From Octopus vulgaris (taxonomy: Eukaryota): a DNA stretch of 64,000 nt. Location of the stretch: assembly GCA_951406725.2 (NCBI GenBank), contig OX597837.1, positions 33,356,001 through 33,420,000 on the forward strand. Direction: 5' to 3'. The notes beneath the pieces are model-generated. The model saw only the letters and a program-made list of their open reading frames with translations, ran no database searches and had not been told where the DNA came from. A program made the position numbers and the translations under genes. The stretch's first letter is position 1; every line of letters begins with the position of its first letter. Of the stretch, positions 13,691 through 27,406 are shown piece after piece.

Positions 13691-14835
13691 GTGCATGGAA
13701 GTGAGAAATGGACAGATAGTCAGATAAGAAAATACTTGAAACCATCTAGCGCTGTGTGTGTGTGTGTGTGTTTAATTGCAAAATGTAGCAAAGTAGCTCA
13801 AGAGCCGACAGTTTCGTGCAAGGAACTTATGAAAACGATATCAGATTCATAAGTGTTATACACGATGCTTTTAGGCTCTTGAGACAAATGTATACACTTT
13901 AAATTAACGAAATTGCAGTGTATGTGTGTGTGTATATATGTGTGTGAGTATGCGTGAATATGTGTGACAGAAACAAGAACTCGTGAAAATAAAAATTGAT
14001 GCGACAGTTATAAAAAAAAAACTAAAATCAATACAAATTCCTGCATCGTTAGATCTGATTTGACAAATCTGTTGTCAAAGACAATCCAATCGTGACCATA
14101 CTGAGATTTTCTTGAGCATTTTATTTGCTTTTAGTTAAATTTTTATACACATTAAAGACAGGAGTTGAAGGAGATTTGGCTTCTATTTCTTGCACGTCAA
14201 CCAGGAGAACATGTAGAGCTTACCTCCACACGAGACATGCGCATGAGTGTGCACGCGTAGGATGCGTATATGCGTAGGTGCGCATGTGTGTTTGCATGTG
14301 CATGCGTGTGCATTTGTGTGCGCATAGTGTAAGCGAATGTGTGTGTGTGGGCACGTGTGTGTATGTGCACGTGTGTGTATGTGCATGCGTATGTATGTGT
14401 GCACGTATGCAGCTGCGTGCTCGGGGCTGAATGCAATTATGCAAAAGTGTGTACATTTGTATATTAAGTGTGCATGTGAGTGTACATGCACCTGTTCGTG
14501 TGCAGACATGCGTGTAAACATGCCCACATATTATCATGGAGGAATACCTGTGCGCACGCGTGCAAGAGCAGCACGTTTGTGTGTATGCGTGTGAACAGAT
14601 ATATATGAACACCAGTTTGTGTGCAGTGTGTGTGTGTGTGTGTGCGGTGTGTGTGATCAGCAATTGCGCGAGCGCGCATTCGTGTCGATACAAGCATGTG
14701 AATGTAGGTCTGTGACCAGCAGATGTATGTGCTTGTGTATGTGTATGCGCGTGTGCATATGTGTGTGCACGCGTAAATATGCGCGCTTATATGTGTGTAT
14801 ATATATGTGTGCGTATATGTGCGTTGATGTGTGAG

Positions 14836-14870
<35 letters not shown>

Positions 14871-15220
14871 AGCCGAAATTGCGAGGATGATCCGGTTCTT
14901 GACTGAAGATTGAAGGCTTCGAATGTCCAGTCCGTGTTTTTTGTATCGTCTTCTAAATCTTTTGCGTTCTTGTCCCGGTTTGTATTTTTTTTTACATATA
15001 CATATATATACATATATAAATATATATGTGTGTGTGTTTGTGAGTTTGTGTGCGTATATGTGCGTTGATGTGTTAGTATATATATATATCTATATATATA
15101 TTATATTAAATTAGAGATAAAACCACTATTAGGCAAATCATACAATGAAAAACTTAAGCCAATACATAAGATTAATTAATTTATATTATTTTAAATATAT
15201 ATCAAAATTATTAAAAAAAG

Positions 15221-15279
<59 letters not shown>

Positions 15280-15600
15280 CGTGTTTGAGTACGTGTGTTA
15301 TTAGCAATTGTGTGTATATGTAATTCTAACGTGATCAGCTGTTGTGTGTGTATGTTTGTACGTGTGCGAATGTGTCAACAGCAAACAATTTAATGCACGA
15401 GAGAGGGGGGGGGGCGGAGATGTACCAGCCACCCAGATATCTTATAACATTTACTAGATTCTGCAATGGTTACTAATGGCGATGGATGATAGCGAGGGAT
15501 GATGGCACACTGCACCTAACAGCAGCAGAAGAAGAGACGGCGGAGGAGGAGAAGGAGGGAAACGATGACTACACATCGCTGTGTATGCGTGTGCTGTTAT

Positions 15601-15631
<31 letters not shown>

Positions 15632-16483
15632 AACATTAAAACTGAAATTATCGAGTCTTTAACCTTTTAGTATTTAAAGCAGCCATATCCGGCCAAAATA
15701 ACTAATCTGTTTTATGTTCAAACTGACCAGATCCAGGCCCTCACACCTACCCTACAATGTTATTCTACATTAGCTAGTTACACCATCAAGATCTTGAAGA
15801 TATGAGATAATGCATGATTAATTCAAATCAATGGGAATCAATAGGCATTATGTTTGATTGAATAATCTGAACACTAAAGAGTTAATAGTAGTTATACCAT
15901 AGCAGACCTACCTGAATGAATGTATGAGTGAGGTAGGTCGTTCACTCCAGTGCTACTCAGAGTATCTAACTGAAAGCATTTTTGGAGTGATGAGGAGCAC
16001 AACAGAATGCATCAAGGTGTGTGTATGTGGGAGAGAGAGAGAGAGAGTTGAATGACCTGCTTCAAACAGACAGACATATATACATGATGGACTTCTTTCA
16101 GTTTCCGTCTACCAAATCCACTCACAAGGCTCTGGTCAGCCCAAGGCAATAGAAAACACTTGCCCAAGGTGCCACACAGTGGGACTGAACCCGGAACCAT
16201 AGGGTTGGGAAGCAAGTTTCTTACCACACAACCACCACGCCTGCACCTTGTATGTATATATATGTGTGTGTGTGTATACACACACACACACATGCATGCA
16301 ACCACACATACATTTATATACAGAAACACACTAATTGCCAGCAAAGAGGTATACAAGAAGTTGTGGCCTGCATGCTCCCACTGCTATCACCTTGAATTTA
16401 ATAAGTTATAGGCCAAAACACTTGTATAAAAGGAACGAAGGCTTCTTCCCTGAAGACCCATGGCTTATTTCTCCCATGAATTT

Positions 16484-16519
<36 letters not shown>

Positions 16520-16521
<2 letters not shown>

Positions 16522-16730
16522 CCATGTTGATTCGCTAGCTTCTGCACGCATATTTTTTCTCTCCTTGTTTCTCTCCATGTTTCTTTTCTGTGTATCTTTC
16601 TGTTGAAGAGCGTAGGCTCGAAACGTAAAAGACTTGTTTTATTTATATTCCTGAGCGCCATACTAATACAATTGTTTGTTTGTATTCCACCTGCCTTCGT
16701 CTTTTGTTTATTTTCATAAAGCTTCCCGTT
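16520..16730 (+). mobile_element. Short element inserted in (TA)n and carrying a hammerhead-like motif (PLE pseudo-LTR-like)
   Basis: Flanked on both sides by (TA)n; contains TCTTT-CTGTTGA-A-GAGCgtagGCTC-GAAA-CG-TA-AAAGA at 16595-16632. Confidence 0.55.
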
Positions 16731-18699
16731 ATATATATATATATATATATACACTATATACATTCACATATAAATCTGGTGAAGGCATGGCTGTGTGGTA
16801 AGGAGTTTGCTTACCACCCACATTGTTGCAGGTTCAGTCCCACTGCATGGCACTCTTCTACTATAGCCACTCCCCACCCACCCAAGTCACCCAAAGCCTT
16901 ATGAGTAGGTTTGGTAGGAAACTGAAACAAACTTAATATGTGTGGGAGTGAATGACCATGCGAGCGAGCGAGTGACCGAGTGTGTGTGTCTGAGTGAGTG
17001 TGTGTGTGTGTGTGAGTGAGCGTGCGTGTGTCTGAGTGAGCGTGCGTGTGTCTGAGTGAGCATGCGTGTGTGCCTGAGTGAGCGTGTGCATGTCTGAGTG
17101 AGCGTGTGCATGTGTATATGTTATCAGAAACTGTATGTATGTATATGCTTATGTGATCAGCTGCTTTGTATATGTGGGTATATGCATCATGTATATAACT
17201 ACACATGTACACAGGTTAAATGTGTATACATGAGCATTGTGTGTATGTTTATACATGCATGTATGTATTGTACATCTATGTTTACCTTCATACGCAAACA
17301 GGTGTATGCATTCCTATAGATGTCATGGTCAGGTATGCCAGCATGCACCGTTGCAGTGCATCACAGCATCTACCATTTATCAGTATTTCTGCGAACCATC
17401 GCAGTGCCCCAGTCAACCCCTATCACCATGTGGCCAATCAATACAAGCCGTCACACACCAACCGGATTCTCAGAAAGGTGGACACAATATGCAGGATTCG
17501 AGTTGGAAAATGGAGCAATAGGACCAAACAGTGTGTGTGTGTGTGTGTGTGTGTGTGTAGTCTATCTTTTACTTGTTTCAGTCATTTGGTTGTGGCCATG
17601 CTGGGGCACCACCTTTAAGACTTTCAGTCAAATAAATCAACCCAGTACTTTTTTTTTTTTTATTTGTGGTACTTATTCGGATTGCACCAATCTGACCGTG
17701 GCCGTTGCCAGCCTCGCCTGGCACCTGTGCAGGTGGCACGTAAAAAGCACCCACTACACTCACGGAGTGGTTGGCGTTAGGAAGGGCATCCAGCTGTAGA
17801 AACATTGCCAGATAAGACTGGAGCCTGGTGCAGCCTTCTGGCTTCCCAGATCCCTGGTCGAACCGTCCAACCCATGCCAGCATGGAGTACGGACGTTAAA
17901 CGATGATGATGATGATGATTCTATCAGTCAAACCACTAAGTTATGGGGACGTAAACACACCAACACCAGTTGTCAAGCAGTGGAGGGGGGACAAACAGAC
18001 ACACGAATATAAAATACACACACACACACACACACAGTGGGCTTCTTTCAGTTTCCGTTTACCAAATCCATTTATAAGATTTTAGTAGGCCCAGGGTTAT
18101 AGAAAACGCTTACCGAAGGTGCCACGCAGTGGAACTGAACCCAGAATCATGTGGTTAGGCAGCAAACTTCTTACCACCAAGCAACACCTACGCCTGTGTG
18201 CATGTATGTATGTATGTATATGTATGTATGAATAGTTTATAAAATGCTCGTGACTGGAATGTCTTTGATCATAGGTCTGTCTACTCAATCAAACTTGACC
18301 TGGGGCTAAACATCAACCAACAACACTAAACAAAAGTGATGAGATGAGAAAATAGAAATGTGAAACAGTTGAGTCCATTGTGTACAACAAAAAGAGTAAA
18401 TATAAACAACACCCATTTTACAATAAATAAATGTGTATACACACTCACATATATATAAAACACTATGCCTATATAAGTATACATGTATCCTCTCTCTCTC
18501 TCCAACTACAATATATTAAAATAACCTCACCAATGACTCAACTATGATACATAACTTATATTTTTTTTTTTCAGTAGGAAGTTTTCCCCTTTACCCTGAC
18601 TCACCCCACCCCAACACTTCCCTACGCACCCTATAATTGCATTTCCCATATATATATATATAAAGTACACATAAAAATACATGTACACATAAATGAATG

Positions 18700-19250
18700 T
18701 ACATACACACAAACATACATACATGTACACGCACAAACATGTACACGCACAAACATGTACACACACACATGCATACACACATACATGCACACACATGTAC
18801 ACACACATACAGGTACACACACATACATGTACACACACATACATGTACACACACATACATGTACACACACACATACAGGTACACACACACATACAGGTAC
18901 ACACACACATACAGGTACACACACACATACAGGTACACACACACATACAGGTACACACACACATACAGGTACACACACATACATGTACACACACATACAT
19001 GCACACACACACACACACATACACGTACACACACATACACGTACACACACATACACGTACACACATACATGTACACACACATACATGTACACACACAGGT
19101 ACACACACATACAGGTACACACATACAGGTACACACACATACAGGTACACACACATACAGGTACACACACATACAGGTACACACACATACATGTACACAC
19201 ACATACATGTACACACACATACATGCACACACACATACATGCACACACAC
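18700..19250. repeat. 16-18 bp minisatellite (ACACACATACAGGTAC) derived from (CA)n
   Basis: Seen directly; source of several 175-286 aa pseudo-ORFs. Confidence 0.95.
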
Positions 19251-19604
19251 ATATATATAAAAGTACTTATAGATATAAATAGAAGTACGTACATGTATGT
19301 GTATATATATATATATATGTGCTTCCAAAAACAAAGGAGTGGGGATCAACACAACCTCCCTCCCCATACACACACACACAAACACACGCACCAGTAAACC
19401 ATTAAATGAATTTAGTTGAAAGTGTTGTAACACATTTAAAGCAAGCAACATGGACTAAACTCTAGTTTAGTCCCTCTTGTTCTTCAACACACAATGGAAG
19501 TAACACAGTTAAAATGGGCTGGAAAAATGCACACACACACACACACACGTTAACACATCTATGTGCCTATAAGCACACACACACACACAAATCTGTGTGT
19601 ATGA

Positions 19605-19643
<39 letters not shown>

Positions 19644-19651
19644 TGGACATA

Positions 19652-20042
19652 CCGCAGGAGTGGCTGTGTGGTAAGTAGCTTGCTAACCAACCACATGTTT
19701 CCGGGTTCAGTCCCACTGCGTGGCATCTTGGGCAAGTGTCTTCTGCTATAGCCCCGGGCCGACCAATGCCTTGTGAGTGGATTTGGTAGACGGAAACTGA
19801 AAGAAGCCTGTCGTATATATGTATATATATATAAGTGTGTGTGTGTGTGTGTGTGTGTGTCCCTGGCATTGCTTGACAACCGATGCTGGTGTGTTTACGT
19901 CCCCATCACTTAGCGGTTCGGCAAAAGAGACCGATAGAATAAGTACTGGGCTTACAAAGAATAAGTCCCGGGGTCGATTTGCTCGACTAAAGGCGGTGCT
20001 CCAGCATGGCCGCAGTCAAATGACTGAAAAGAGTAAAAGAGA
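19652..20042 (+). mobile_element. Full-length tRNA-derived SINE family A (CORE-like). Further copies at about 12200-12555(-), 12593-12995(+), 16085-16246(-), 17920-18197(-), 21057-21415(-), 23959-24312, 28892-29315, 30010-30270, 36320-36655, 36671-37040, 49810-50082
   Basis: A-box-like TGGCTGTGTGGTAAG, B-box-like GGTTCAGTCCC, CORE-like (A/C)CTTGGGCAAGTGTC, internal (TA)n(TG)n, tail ...GCTCCAGCATGGCCGCAGTCAAATGACTGAAA..AGTAAAAGA. Confidence 0.9.
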
Positions 20043-20373
20043 GAGTGTATATGTATATGTATATATATATATATATACATATATATGCATGGACATACCT
20101 ATATGTCTATACACCCACATACCTCCTCATCGGCTAACATCCGTTTCCCAAGCAGGCATGGTTTAGATGGTTTGACAAGAGCTGGCCAGCTGAAGAGCTG
20201 CACCAGGTTCCACTTGTCCATTTTCGCATGGTTTCCACAGCTGGAGGCCCTTCATAACACTAACCACTTTACCGTGTACTCGATGCTCCCCAACATGGCA
20301 GGGGTGTTTTTTTTTTTTTGTTTTACATGGCACCAAAATGGGTGCCATATATAAATACACAGTAAATACATGC

Positions 20374-20570
20374 AGTAGTCGAGTGGTACCCGCGTGAGCG
20401 GAAAAGACCACCCGGAAGACCTCCACGATGGTGGAGTTACGATTTCAGGAGGACGATTAGGATCACGTGGATGAAAAAGGTGCGATCCAGAGAGGAGTGG
20501 ACAGCGTGCTGTGACCAGCGGTGTCAAATGGACGCCTGACGGACTGGTCGGTCAAGGTGATCAAGGTGAT
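20374..20570 (+). mobile_element. 3' end of an RTE-1/BovB-like LINE with short tandem tail
   Basis: Translates VVEWYPRERKRPPGRPPRWWSYDFRRTIRITWMKKVRSREEWTACCDQRCQMDA*, followed by (TCAAGGTGA)2. Confidence 0.75.
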
Positions 20571-22603
20571 ATAAATACACACACACACATGCATTGTCTT
20601 CAGGTGTAAACCCACAGTGCAGAGCAACTCGTCTTCTAACTAGACTAAAGCCCTGCAAGAAAATTTGGCAGGTGGAAATTTAAATTTAAAGACAGGTAAA
20701 GAAAAAAGGACCATTTGTGTGTGTATGTGTGTAATACATACGTGTGCATTCATCGATGTTTCTGCCGTCTTACTTTGACATCACGTGCAAACTAAATAAA
20801 TATCGCTGTTTCAAACACGTGATGCCGTTTGTAATCTCCTGTGAAAATGCATCTGGATCGGGAAAAAAATATTCCTATGCTTTGAAACGGGTGAGGATTA
20901 GCAACAGGAAGGGTATCTGGGTATAGAAATCTACCTCAGTAAATCCCCCACATGACCCATGCAAGCATAGAAAAGTAAATATTAAAATGATGATGATGTG
21001 TATCATCATAAGTTTAACATCCAGCTTTCTATGCTTGCATGGGTCAGATGGAGATACCTTTTACTTGTTTCAATCATTAGACTGCAGCCATGCTGGGGGA
21101 CTACCATGAAGAATTTTAGTCAAAAAAATTAACACCAGTTATTTGGGGGAGGGGAGTCTGTTAAGTTTGGTACTTATTCTGTGAGTTTCATTTGCTGAAC
21201 CACTAAGTTACAGGGGCATAAATATATCAACATTGTCCCTCACCATTGCCTGACAACCAAACAGACATATACGATGGGCTTCTTTCAGTTTCTATCCACC
21301 AAATCCACTCACAAGGCTATAGTAGAAAACACTTGACCAAGGTGCCATGCAGTGAGATCGAACCCAGAACCATGTGATTGGGAAACAAGTTTCTTACCAC
21401 ACAGCCATGCCTGCATATATACACACACACACATTTTAAAGAAAGCAGCCAATTGCTATCAGGTATTATTTTATGGTGTTAAATGCCAAAGCCACAGAAA
21501 CAGGCTTTTTTGGACCAAAAATGCTTTTTTTATGAGAAACAATTACAATGAGATAGATCATTGTCAGATGACAGAAATAGCTGCATATTTCTACTATTAT
21601 CTTCAATTTGAGCCACCACAAAATAACGATGTTTAAGAACCAGATGATCAATTCAAGACTATTTAACAAGATATGGTTCAACACTCACTGCAACCATATC
21701 TATTTCTTTATTACCCACAAGGGGCTAAACACAGAGGAGACAAACAAGGACAGACAAACGGATTAAGTCGATTCCATCAACCCCAGTGCGTAACTGGTGT
21801 CGACCCCGAAAGGATGAAAGGCAAAGTCGACCTTGGCGGAATTTGAACTCAGAACGTAACGGCAGACGAAATACAGCTACGCATTTCGCCCGGGGTGCTA
21901 ACGGTTCTGCCACCTCACCGCCTATACCACGTTTGTAAACCCAAAAGCGAAGACTTGTATATTATACAACTGTCTCATGTAGAAGCCTTTAAATGGTGAA
22001 GGTAGTTTTATAACCAACCTTACTAAACGCTGAGATAATGATTAACAACTGATCAATACAAGGCATTGGAAAAACATCAAGATGATCAGGATTGAGAAAT
22101 CAATGACAAGGTGTTACTTATGGTTTTTGTTTTTGTTTTTTTTCATTTTTATTACAAAACCTGACTTGTTCTCTTCATTGAGTTAATTCTGCTCAATGAG
22201 GTCTTCTTTGGTCAGCTGGTTTACTTTTCGGATTTTGAATTTGAAATCCTCCACAGAATATTTTTGAGTTGATGTAGCAGTAAGGCGTGTATTTAGAGTT
22301 AAACTAGTGAAGTGAAACAGATGTAATCTTCAAGATAGTAAAATTTAACAATGCCAGAAAAAGCTTCAGAACCATAACCGCTTTTGTTACCATATTGAAA
22401 TCCACTGCCTTTATTTCAATTCATTTTGAAGATTATTTCATAAAGCAACCGTCATTATTATTCTGGTGTTTGGAATGTAAATTAACATGAAATTTAGAAG
22501 GAATGGTTTCATTTAGATCACTTTAACCCTTTTGTTACCATATTTCTTTTGAAGTCCACCGCCTTTGATTCAATTAATTTTGAAAATAATGACAAATTTA
22601 GCC

Positions 22604-22915
22604 GGTGGCACGTAAAAGCACCATCCGTTGGTGTCCGTTGCCAGCCTCGCCTGGTCCCCGTGCCGGTGGCATGTAAAAGCACCATCCGTTCGTGTCCGTT
22701 GCCAGCCTCGCCTGGTCCCCGTGTCGGTGGCACGTAAAAGCACCATCCGTTCGTGTCCGTTGCCAGCCTCGCCTGGTCCCTGTGCTGGTGGCACGTAAAA
22801 GCACCATCCGTTCGTGGCTGTTTGCCAGCCTCGCCTGGTCCCCGTGCCGGTGGCACGTAAAAGCACCATCAGTTCGTGGCCGTTTGCCAGCTCTGTCTGG
22901 CACCTGTGCGGGTGG
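22604..22915 (+). repeat. 61-bp tandem array (~5 units) forming the body of a family D retroposon
   Basis: GGTGGCACGTAAAAGCACCATCCGTTCGTGTCCGTTGCCAGCCTCGCCTGGTCCCCGTGCC repeated from 22604, 22665 onward. Confidence 0.9.
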
Positions 22916-23306
22916 CACGTAAAAAGCACCTACTACACTCACGGAGTGGCTGGCGTTAGGAAGGGCATCCAGCCGTAGAAACACTGCCAGATCTGACTGG
23001 GCCTGATGAAGCCTTCCGGCTTCACAGACCCCAGTTGAACTGTCCAACCATGCTAGCATGGAAAACGGATGCTAAATGATGATGATGATGATGATGACCT
23101 TGACATTAAGCTGGTGATTGGGGCATAAATTAACATGAAACGATGCAAGATTCAATTAAGATCATTTAAAATAGGAAGTTTGTATCACAGAACCACAGGT
23201 GGTCTCAAGCAGGTTGGTATCAAAAAGGATTAAACACAAACACCAGAGACATAAAAGTGTCCAAATATGACCTCTATGTAGAGAGTGTGAATAATTAACA
23301 ATAATA

Positions 23307-23471
23307 GGCGCAGGAGTGGTTGTGTGGTAAGTAGCTTGCTAACCAACCACATGGTTCCGGGTTCAGTCCCACTGCGTGGCACCTTGGGCAAGTGTATTCT
23401 GCTATAGCCCCGGGCCAACCAATGCCTTGTGAGTGGATTTGGTAGACGGAAACTGAAAGAAGCCTGTCGTA

Positions 23472-23508
<37 letters not shown>

Positions 23509-23724
23509 GTGTGTGTGTGTGTGTTTGTTTGTGTCTGTCCCCCTAGCATTGCTTGACAACCGATGCTGGTGTGTTTATGTCCCCGTTACTTACCAGTTCG
23601 GCAAAAGAGACCGATAGAATAAGTACTGGGCTTACAAAAGAATAAGTCCCGGGGTCGAGTTGCTCGATTAAAGGCGGTGCTCCGGCATGGCCGCAGTCAA
23701 ATGACTGAAACAAGTAAAAGAGTA
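23307..23724 (+). mobile_element. Full-length SINE family A
   Basis: Near-identical to 19652-20042, 35918-36310 and 40990-41399. Confidence 0.9.
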
Positions 23725-26237
23725 ATAGCTAATTTGACATATTCCAGTAATCCAGGGCCTACATGATGTTGATGCCATTGTAACATTTGTCTTGAAATGG
23801 TTTCAAGACTAAACCATTCTAAGCAATATCGAATTTGGTCAGGTTTTTGGGGTCTCCACTACAAACTGAAAATCGGCTTTAATTGATTGGTATTTGCAAT
23901 ATTAACGAGTGCACAAGACAAATTATGTCCCAACACCGACAAAAAATAAAAAAAGTTAAGGCACAGGCATGGTTGTGTGGTAAGAAGACGTTTTCCCAAC
24001 CACATGGTTCTGGGTTCAGTCCCACTGCATGGCACCTTGGGCAAGTGTCTTATACTATAGCCTTTTAAGTGGATGTGGTAGATGGAAACTGAAAGAAACT
24101 CGAGTGTGTGTGTGTGTGTGTGTCCCAGCATCACTGCTTGGCAACTGGTGTTGGTATGTTTATGTCCCCATAACTTAGCAGCTCAGCAAACGAGACCAAC
24201 AGAATAATTACCCGGCTTTAAACATAAAAAGAGACACTTGTGTCAATTCATTTGACTAAAAATTCAATGTGGTGCCCCAGGATGTCCACAATCTAATCAC
24301 TGAGGCAAGATAAACTCGGCTGAGCAAGTAAATACAGACAGAGATTGGTTTATGGCATGGTCTTGCAACAGCATCCGATTGGGGTCCAGCATATTGGTGA
24401 CTCAATTTGAGAGCCAAAAATATCAAAAGTGCTATTTTTGCTTCATACTTGAGACAAAGCATCTCTTGATGGATCTTTCCAGGATCCTGAATATCCTTCC
24501 AGCAAAGGAAGAAAAAAAAAAACCACTTTGGATAATCAACTGCTGTAATGACCTTGTATTTGGTGTCCTTTTCGAAAAACAGGAGCAGAAATGAGGACAT
24601 CCGGATTGCTTATACTAGAGTTAAGATTTAAATGGCCAGGCACTTTTTAGTTTCAAGTAGACAGAGGCTTAGAAAGGCCAAAACTATTCAGGAAAAAAAC
24701 AGCTGTTATTGGAATTTCCATATCCAGTTCAGCTAAGACTGCCTTGCAGTTACATTTTTTAGCCAGGAGTTCTGGGATTCCAAGAATCCAGCTGGCTATT
24801 TGTGAATTACCAGCTGGTGTTTAGTCAAAAAAAAAGAGAAAAGAAATCTTCACTGGCTTTAACCTTTTAGCATTTAACTCTTTAGCATTTAAACCGGCCA
24901 TATCCGGCCAAGAGTATTCTGCCTATTTTATGTTCAAACTGACCGGATCTGGTCTCTCACACCAACCCTACAATATTGTTCTAGAAATTAGCAGCTACCT
25001 CATTAAAATCTCATAGCTACAAGATAATGCATGATTAGTTCAAAACAATGAGGATGAAAAAGCATTAATTTTGGCAGAATAATGCAAACACTAAAGGGTT
25101 AAAGAAGCCACATCCAGCTCAAATAGCGTGTTTTATGTTCAAACTGGTCAGATCCAGCCTCTCATACCTACCCTACAATGTCATTCTAAAGATAATCACA
25201 TCACTGAAATCTCAAGGCTATGAGATAATGCAGGATTAATTCAAAACAATGTGAATAAATAAACATTTCATTTGAGAAAATAAATCTGAATATTAAAGGG
25301 GTTGATGTAAGATTGCCCTTAGGAGATTTACCAAGTCTCTGTAACTGTTACAATCTGTGATAAATCTAAAAATTTCAGAAAATACAAAGTTTATGAGGCT
25401 GTCTTGCCTGTCAAGGTGGAGAACAGGACAGAACTATACATTAAATAAACTGTCACAAGTAATGATAAAATAAAATCCTTATGACAAAGACTTTAACAAA
25501 TGATGTTACAGCTAAACATTTGGGAATGGTACTTGTCTCTTGTCAGACCTATTGAAGGACAGAATTCCTTGTGGGCCAACAAGCCATCCAGTTGGAGAAA
25601 GCAATGACAAACCACCCCAATATCTCAGCCAAGAAAACATGGTGTGAAAGTAATGATGAAGTAATGCTATGGCTTCGTCCGATGAGAAAACTCACGCTTA
25701 ATCAGGAAGACTTTGTAGAGTCATCAATGCACTGCAAAAGCAGGATACATAATGACGACCACTTGTCTGCCAGAAGACATCACTTCTTAAAAGAACAGTC
25801 ACAATATATATGCGTACTTCTATACACACATGGCTGTGTAGTCAAGAAGTTCCCTTGACTTGTACAATGTAATGAGAGGCAAGAGTATGATAGCAGGGAC
25901 AGGAACAGGGGTCTTAGGGTGGAGAACATGTACAGCCATACTAGCTGGAAAAGACATCAGTGGGGATTGGGACTCAGAACCTACCCTCAGGGTAAAAGGG
26001 GATGAATATGCCGAGATGGAGAGGGAGAGATACAGAGAAGGGGGAATGGGGCTAGAGGATCAAGTGCACAAGAGCATGTAGCAAATGATAGATGGGATAA
26101 AGGTAGGATTCCTTCAAAGTATTCTCCCTCCATCCCACCTCCACCATTCTTCTCAGTAGAAGACTACATTCTTCAACTGACATTCCTAAAGCATGACAAC
26201 CACCACCAACAACAATTAAAAAACAGGACTAGATCAC

Positions 26238-26281
<44 letters not shown>

Positions 26282-26660
26282 TGTGTGTATATATGTGTGT
26301 GTAATCATCTGCCATGTCAATGTTATTGTTCTGACATTTAAAAGAAAAGCATTTCTCAGACCTCCACCTCTTTCATCATAGTCTACATTCACTCCTACAT
26401 CCGCCATCTCTAACCACCTGTCACTTTTCTCTCACACCCTTGCAAACTTACCCACCCACTCACCCACCTTTCCTGATCTTCTCTCTCTCTCTCTCCACCA
26501 CCACCATCACTACCATCCCCTATCTTTCTAGAGATTGCCTCCCACCTAAAATATGCTGGCAGGGGCAATCATGGGAGGGAGCAATCATAGGAAGGGGCAA
26601 TCATGCATCTCTTCTCAAGCAAGACGCACCTGTTCTTGTCCCTTCATCATACTTTAAACC

Positions 26661-27001
26661 CACTGGTTCTCAACCAGAGTCCACATGAGATTTTGGGGAG
26701 GTCCATGTAGCAAAACAGTAAATTGGGATCCACAATAGTATTTTAAGGACCCCTGAAACGGTTTTGCGTTAGATGTATGTTTTGCCCTTGAAACATGTAG
26801 GCTTCTTTCTCCATGTTTTACGAAGCTCAACCTATTCAAGTTAATGTGTGAAAAAAAAAAAAACCAAAACAAGAATTCTGAAAGAAATTTTTACAAAACT
26901 AGTTTTTAAACATAGAATGGCTATGTGGGGGTGGGGGTCTACCAAAATAAAATAGTGACTAAAGGGGTCGCTAGATAGAAAAAAATGGTTGAGAACCCCA
27001 G
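26661..27001. mobile_element. hAT-like MITE. Related ends at ~11395, 39971-40126 and 40786-41432
   Basis: Ends CACTGGTTCTCAACC ... GGTTGAGAACCCCAG; near-TSD TTTAAACC/TTTTAACC (8 bp, 1 mismatch). Confidence 0.7.
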
Positions 27002-27049
27002 TTTTAACCATTCACCATCTGACATGAAGCTACCCCCACTTCTCTGCTG

Positions 27050-27406
27050 CTTCTTTACCCAGTCGAGCACACCTCTTCACCCGGCCGAGCGGGCCTCTTC
27101 ACCCGGCCGAGCGGGCCTCTTCACCCGGCCGAGCGCGCCTCTTCACCCGGCCGAGCGCGCCTCTTCACCCGGCCGAGCGCGCCTCTTCACCCGGCCGGGC
27201 GCGCCTCTTCACCCGGCCGGGCGCGCCTCTTCACCCGGCCGAGCGCGCCTCTTCACCCGGCCGAGCGCGCCTCTTCACCCGGCCGAGCGCGCCTCTTCAC
27301 CCGGCCGAGCGCGCCTCTTCACCCAGCCGAGCGGGCCTCTTCACCCGGCCGAGCGGGCCTCTTCACCCAACCGAGAACGCCTCTTCACCCAGCCAAGCAT
27401 GCCTCT
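27050..27406. repeat. GC-rich 22-bp minisatellite, ~16 units (CCTCTTCACCCGGCCGAGCGCG)
   Basis: Period 22 (27072, 27094 ...), with degenerate outer units. Confidence 0.95.

Noticed and set aside
14871-14992. CTGAAGA..GAAG/CTTC..GAAT in a short microsatellite-embedded repeat
   Set aside because: Lacks GAAA and a credible stem I/III arrangement
18542-19451. Long ORFs rich in C/V/Y/M or H/T (also 2922-3422, 9428-10163, 14183-14834, 42153-42600, 62408-62966)
   Set aside because: They are translations of (CA/GT/TA)n-derived repeats that lack stop codons and are open on both strands in several frames
19567-19879. Recurrent peptides such as LLSVSVYQIHSQGFGRP..EDTCPRCHAVGLNPEPCGW
   Set aside because: Antisense translation of SINE A, not a gene family
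22604-22915. CRISPR-like regular repeats (also 27050-27406 and 48295-48500)
   Set aside because: Head-to-tail tandem units without unique spacers, eukaryotic context, no cas genes
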